Assembly: GCA_964016885.1 (NCBI GenBank) | Contig: CAXHJY010001342.1 | Coordinates: forward strand, 124,001-188,000 | Source of the DNA: Eledone cirrhosa | Lineage: Eukaryota | Reading direction: 5' to 3' | DNA length: 64,000 bases | Shown: in pieces, positions 60,347 through 64,000 of the stretch | How the letters are laid out: each line of letters starts with the position of its first letter | Numbering within the stretch: the stretch's first letter is position 1 | Position numbers and translations under genes: made by a program | Notes under the pieces: generated by a model | Told to the model about the DNA's origin: nothing | What the model saw: the letters and a program-made list of their open reading frames with translations, nothing else | The model's database searches: none

Positions 60347-60973
60347 TACATCTAGTAATAATAATGGTGATGATTCCACTCATTCAAAGTACCTATTTCT
60401 TTATTTTTTTAATTTACTTACCGTGTACACTAGGGGCCTTTGCTTATATAATTGCAATGCACATACTATTCTTAAAGACATTAGAAACGTAAATAACACG
60501 AACATTCCTACCACTAGGAATAAAAATCGAGACCATTGTGTTTGTGTTTTAAGGCGTTCTCTCTGCAATTGTGGGATGTTCAGTTTGATGTGGTTGCGCA
60601 TCACTATGAAAAATGTCTGAAATCCAGAAGAGGAAAACTGTGTGGAATGATATCTACTCGACCAGATTTGGCTGAAACTAAACAAACAACTAAAATAAGG
60701 TAAATACAAGACAAGGACACTGTTGACCGTTTGTGTATGTTTTCTTTCCGTTTTTGAATATATTTTAGTTTTTCAGGAAATCCGAAATTTTTTCAACCAG
60801 AAACAGAACAACTTCAGTAAGAAGAGACTTAACAAATAGTAATTATATAACTTACTAGTTTTGGCGATAACTGATAAAACTAACATGATATATTTATGGC
60901 TTCAATTAAGCTGTGCTTAAGAATTTTGGAGTTACATGCGTTAACAATCAACGTTACCAGATTACATTATTAA

Positions 60974-61152
60974 TTGGCAGTATCGGTAGAGGGTTGGACG
61001 CCATGTTTTCTAGCATAGTTACATCCCTTTACAGTCTGAGTTCAAATCCCGCCGAGGTTAACTTTGCCTTTCATCCTTACGGGGTCGATAAAATAAAGTA
61101 CCAGTATGTACTGGGTAATTGCTGGCCTTGTGCCTAAAGTAGAAACAATTAT
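60974..61152 (+). mobile_element. SINE copy
   Basis: Same family motifs. Confidence 0.8.
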
Positions 61153-61607
61153 TATAGAAATCTTATAGGAAGTACATAAATAAATAGTCTTAAATAAATG
61201 TGATAAAAATGGCAAAACAATATGCTAAATTGCCGTTATTAATTCAGTCTAATGACGACTTTCTCAGAGGTTTATGTCATATAGCATTTCTTTTCATCTT
61301 AGTGATTCACTAGCAAAAGTACATATTTTTGCCTACTAATATATATTGCAATTAGCTGTCTATTGAAATCATTCAAGACCTACGCTTGCTCCTGCAATCT
61401 GAGAATTACATGTCTTACGAGCTTAGATTTCTAAAGTTCTGCACAAATGAAAATAATTAGTAAATAGAGCATAGTAGAAATCGGTGGAGTTACTTAAAAC
61501 ATATTATCATTATAGACGTTGATATTGATGTGTTACAACGATTATTCCTCTTCACATTTGAAGCTTGTTTCAGAGATTTCTGAAATATATACCCAAAGAC
61601 TGATAAT

Positions 61608-61683
<76 letters not shown>

Positions 61684-61796
61684 GTTGAAGCGAATAACTA
61701 TGTGTATACTCTGGAATGTATTCTACATTATCTATTGAGTACCCTGAAATGCAACCGGTCCTGGCATTGTTAAATACGCCGGGTCCGTTAACTTCT

Positions 61797-61846
<50 letters not shown>

Positions 61847-62367
61847 ATCAAAATAGATGTAGTAAAAACCTATTTAGACCATTATTCACCAGAGTGCTCA
61901 ATACTTGGGTCGTAGAGTGTGGGGTCCTGACTCTTTCATATATAAATACATATATATGCATGTACAATTGCTTCCTGTGTTTTGTTCATTTTCACCTATA
62001 TATATATTTGAAAAAAAGGAAAAGAATGACTTCACTTGTAGTTCTAAATAATTTGGTTTAATTTTATAACATTATAATATTATGAGTTGGTAGATCTAGT
62101 AAGTTCTTTGTTAACTTCGGGGAGAAGAATTTTAAAGATTCCTGGTTAACTTTCTTGGCGAACTTTCTCGCATTCATCGGTGGCGATTGTCAAACAGAGA
62201 TCAGGTTGTGTTGTGATATGTGATTCGATATATAAGAGAGATTTGGATGTGTCTGAGGTGTGGGGTAGGGTGTTAATGAGTGTGGGAGTGAAGGAGTGTT
62301 GATGAAGATTTAAAGGAATTAAAACATACACACACACACGCACACACGCACACACACACACGCACGT

Positions 62368-62400
<33 letters not shown>

Positions 62401-62553
62401 CACACAGAAAATGGTGAAGGTTGACAGTAAGATAAGGGTGTTTAAGAAGGGTGTTGTAATAGTCCCCTCCCGCGGGTTCCATTTCAATAGATGACCTTTG
62501 AGGAATATAATGGCAGGAGGGTTTTCAAATTCGTGTATATATATATATTGTTA

Positions 62554-62797
62554 TGAAATTATTAGAAATGTAAGCTATCGCCGTATTTTGACTAAAGAAA
62601 TTAAAGAAATCATTTAGCCTGATAGTGGGGTTAAGAACCCTCGGAGAAATGGAAAAAGATGAGTATTGACATACATGTACGTCAATACTCATCTTTTTCC
62701 ATTTCTCCGAGGGTTCTTAACCCCACTATCAGGCTAAATGATTTCTTTAATTTCTTTAGTCAAAATACGCCGATAACTTGCATTTCTAATAATTTCA
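62554..62797. repeat. About 244-bp palindrome centred at 62675/62676
   Basis: Arms are reverse complements with a few mismatches. Confidence 0.9.
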
Positions 62798-62835
62798 AAC
62801 CCACTCGCTGTTTCAAAAATATTCTTACTTGACAT

Positions 62836-63522
62836 ATTGTTATGCTTTGGGAGGGTCATATTGCCAATAAGAAACACACGCACCAGTTGCTTTCACTCCA
62901 ATTTATTATAAATTAAATTAAATTTATAAATTTAAGAATTTATAAATTTCCGGTTGGTTGGTTGGTTCCACAACCGGACGGTTGTTAATATATTGTCAAA
63001 GTTCTTTCGTCACACATTCCACTCTCCAACCAAAATTAAATAGAAAACATGAATGGAATAGCAACATCACAACTTACAATTAAGGACAAAATGAAAACGC
63101 ACACACACATAGAAAAACCAACCAACCAGTAACATGTAAATAAACAAATAAATAAATAAACAAATATAAACACACACAGACACCCGGATGTAACACATGC
63201 GCAAACCAAGCACACAACACACGCAAAAACAAGATGGCGTAGGACAGAACAAAAGGAGAGGCACAAAAACAAAGAAAAGAATCCCCAGTCACTGAAGAGG
63301 TCACGGAATGTGTGACGAAAGAACTTTGACAATATATGAACAATCGTCCGGTTGTGGAACCAACCAGCCAACCGGAAATTTATTAATTCTTAAATTTATA
63401 AATTGAAAGCAACTGGTGCGTGTGTTTCTTATTGGCAACATGACCCTCCCAAAGTATAACAATATCGGTTTCAACACACGTTTTCAGATAAAGAATCTTA
63501 CTAAACAAATTCAGAAACGAAA
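62836..63522 (+). mobile_element. Fold-back 3' end of a lineage-2 PLE
   Basis: 63026 onward encodes QPKLNRKHEW, like the end of the 10162 ORF; inverted arm 62836-63020. Confidence 0.8.
63288..63330 (+). ncRNA. Hammerhead ribozyme
   Basis: gtca CTGAAGA g-gtcac-ggaatgt-gtgac GAAA gaac TT tgac. Confidence 0.75.
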
Positions 63523-64000
63523 TATATATATATATATATACACAGTGATGCTGGAGTTGGTGGTGATGACGATGACATGATGATGATGATGATGATGAGG
63601 GGAACGATGACAATGATAATAATGATGATGGTTGCAGGCATGCTGGATTTGATGGGGATGACGATGATAAAAAGATGGATAACAATGGTAGTTGGTGCAT
63701 TGCAGATTCTTATTTTTCAGATCAGTTGACCAGAACGAAGATGTTTGAATGAGAAAACAATGCCAATCCCGCTGCCCTCAGGCAACATGAAGTTCTTTCT
63801 CTTAGCTTCATGTTCAGATGATGGGTCAGTGAATACACGAGATAGAGAGTGGAAATAATAGCAACATGTATATAAACACAGAATAACAAGCAAAATATAT
63901 TACCAAAGATAAGCGGTAGATAGAGAGATATGGAAAGAAAATAAGAGGAGAAATAGAGTGCGAGGAATAATGTACAAGCAGTGGAAACATAAGCAATGCA

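Noticed and set aside
62554-62797. Hammerhead in this palindrome
   Set aside because: CTGATAG lacks a valid core and stem I
63700-63850. Possible exon after tttttcag
   Set aside because: Stops in all three frames shortly downstream

Overview
AT-rich, microsatellite-dense animal genomic DNA with no host protein-coding gene that I can support. The SINE families suggest an octopus or other coleoid cephalopod (inference). Almost all ORF-track entries are microsatellite artefacts. The window is dominated by Penelope-like retroelements (PLEs): two near-full RT + C-terminal GIY-YIG copies, one long copy of a second lineage and two further fragments. It also holds more than 20 tRNA-derived SINEs, LINE remnants and Tc1/mariner MITEs. 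The main hidden signal is about 20 type-I hammerhead ribozyme (HHR) motifs from many unrelated families, read by eye. Several have a palindromic minimal stem III and core variants (CCGANGA; a U3-A8 swap). They sit in elements inserted into (TA)n tracts with a repeated head-to-head fold-back architecture (one long-tailed and one short-tailed arm). Some are short non-coding HHR units of 437 and 560 bp in 1.2-1.6 tandem copies, resembling retrozymes with circular RNA intermediates. All coordinates were counted by hand and may be off by a few bases.
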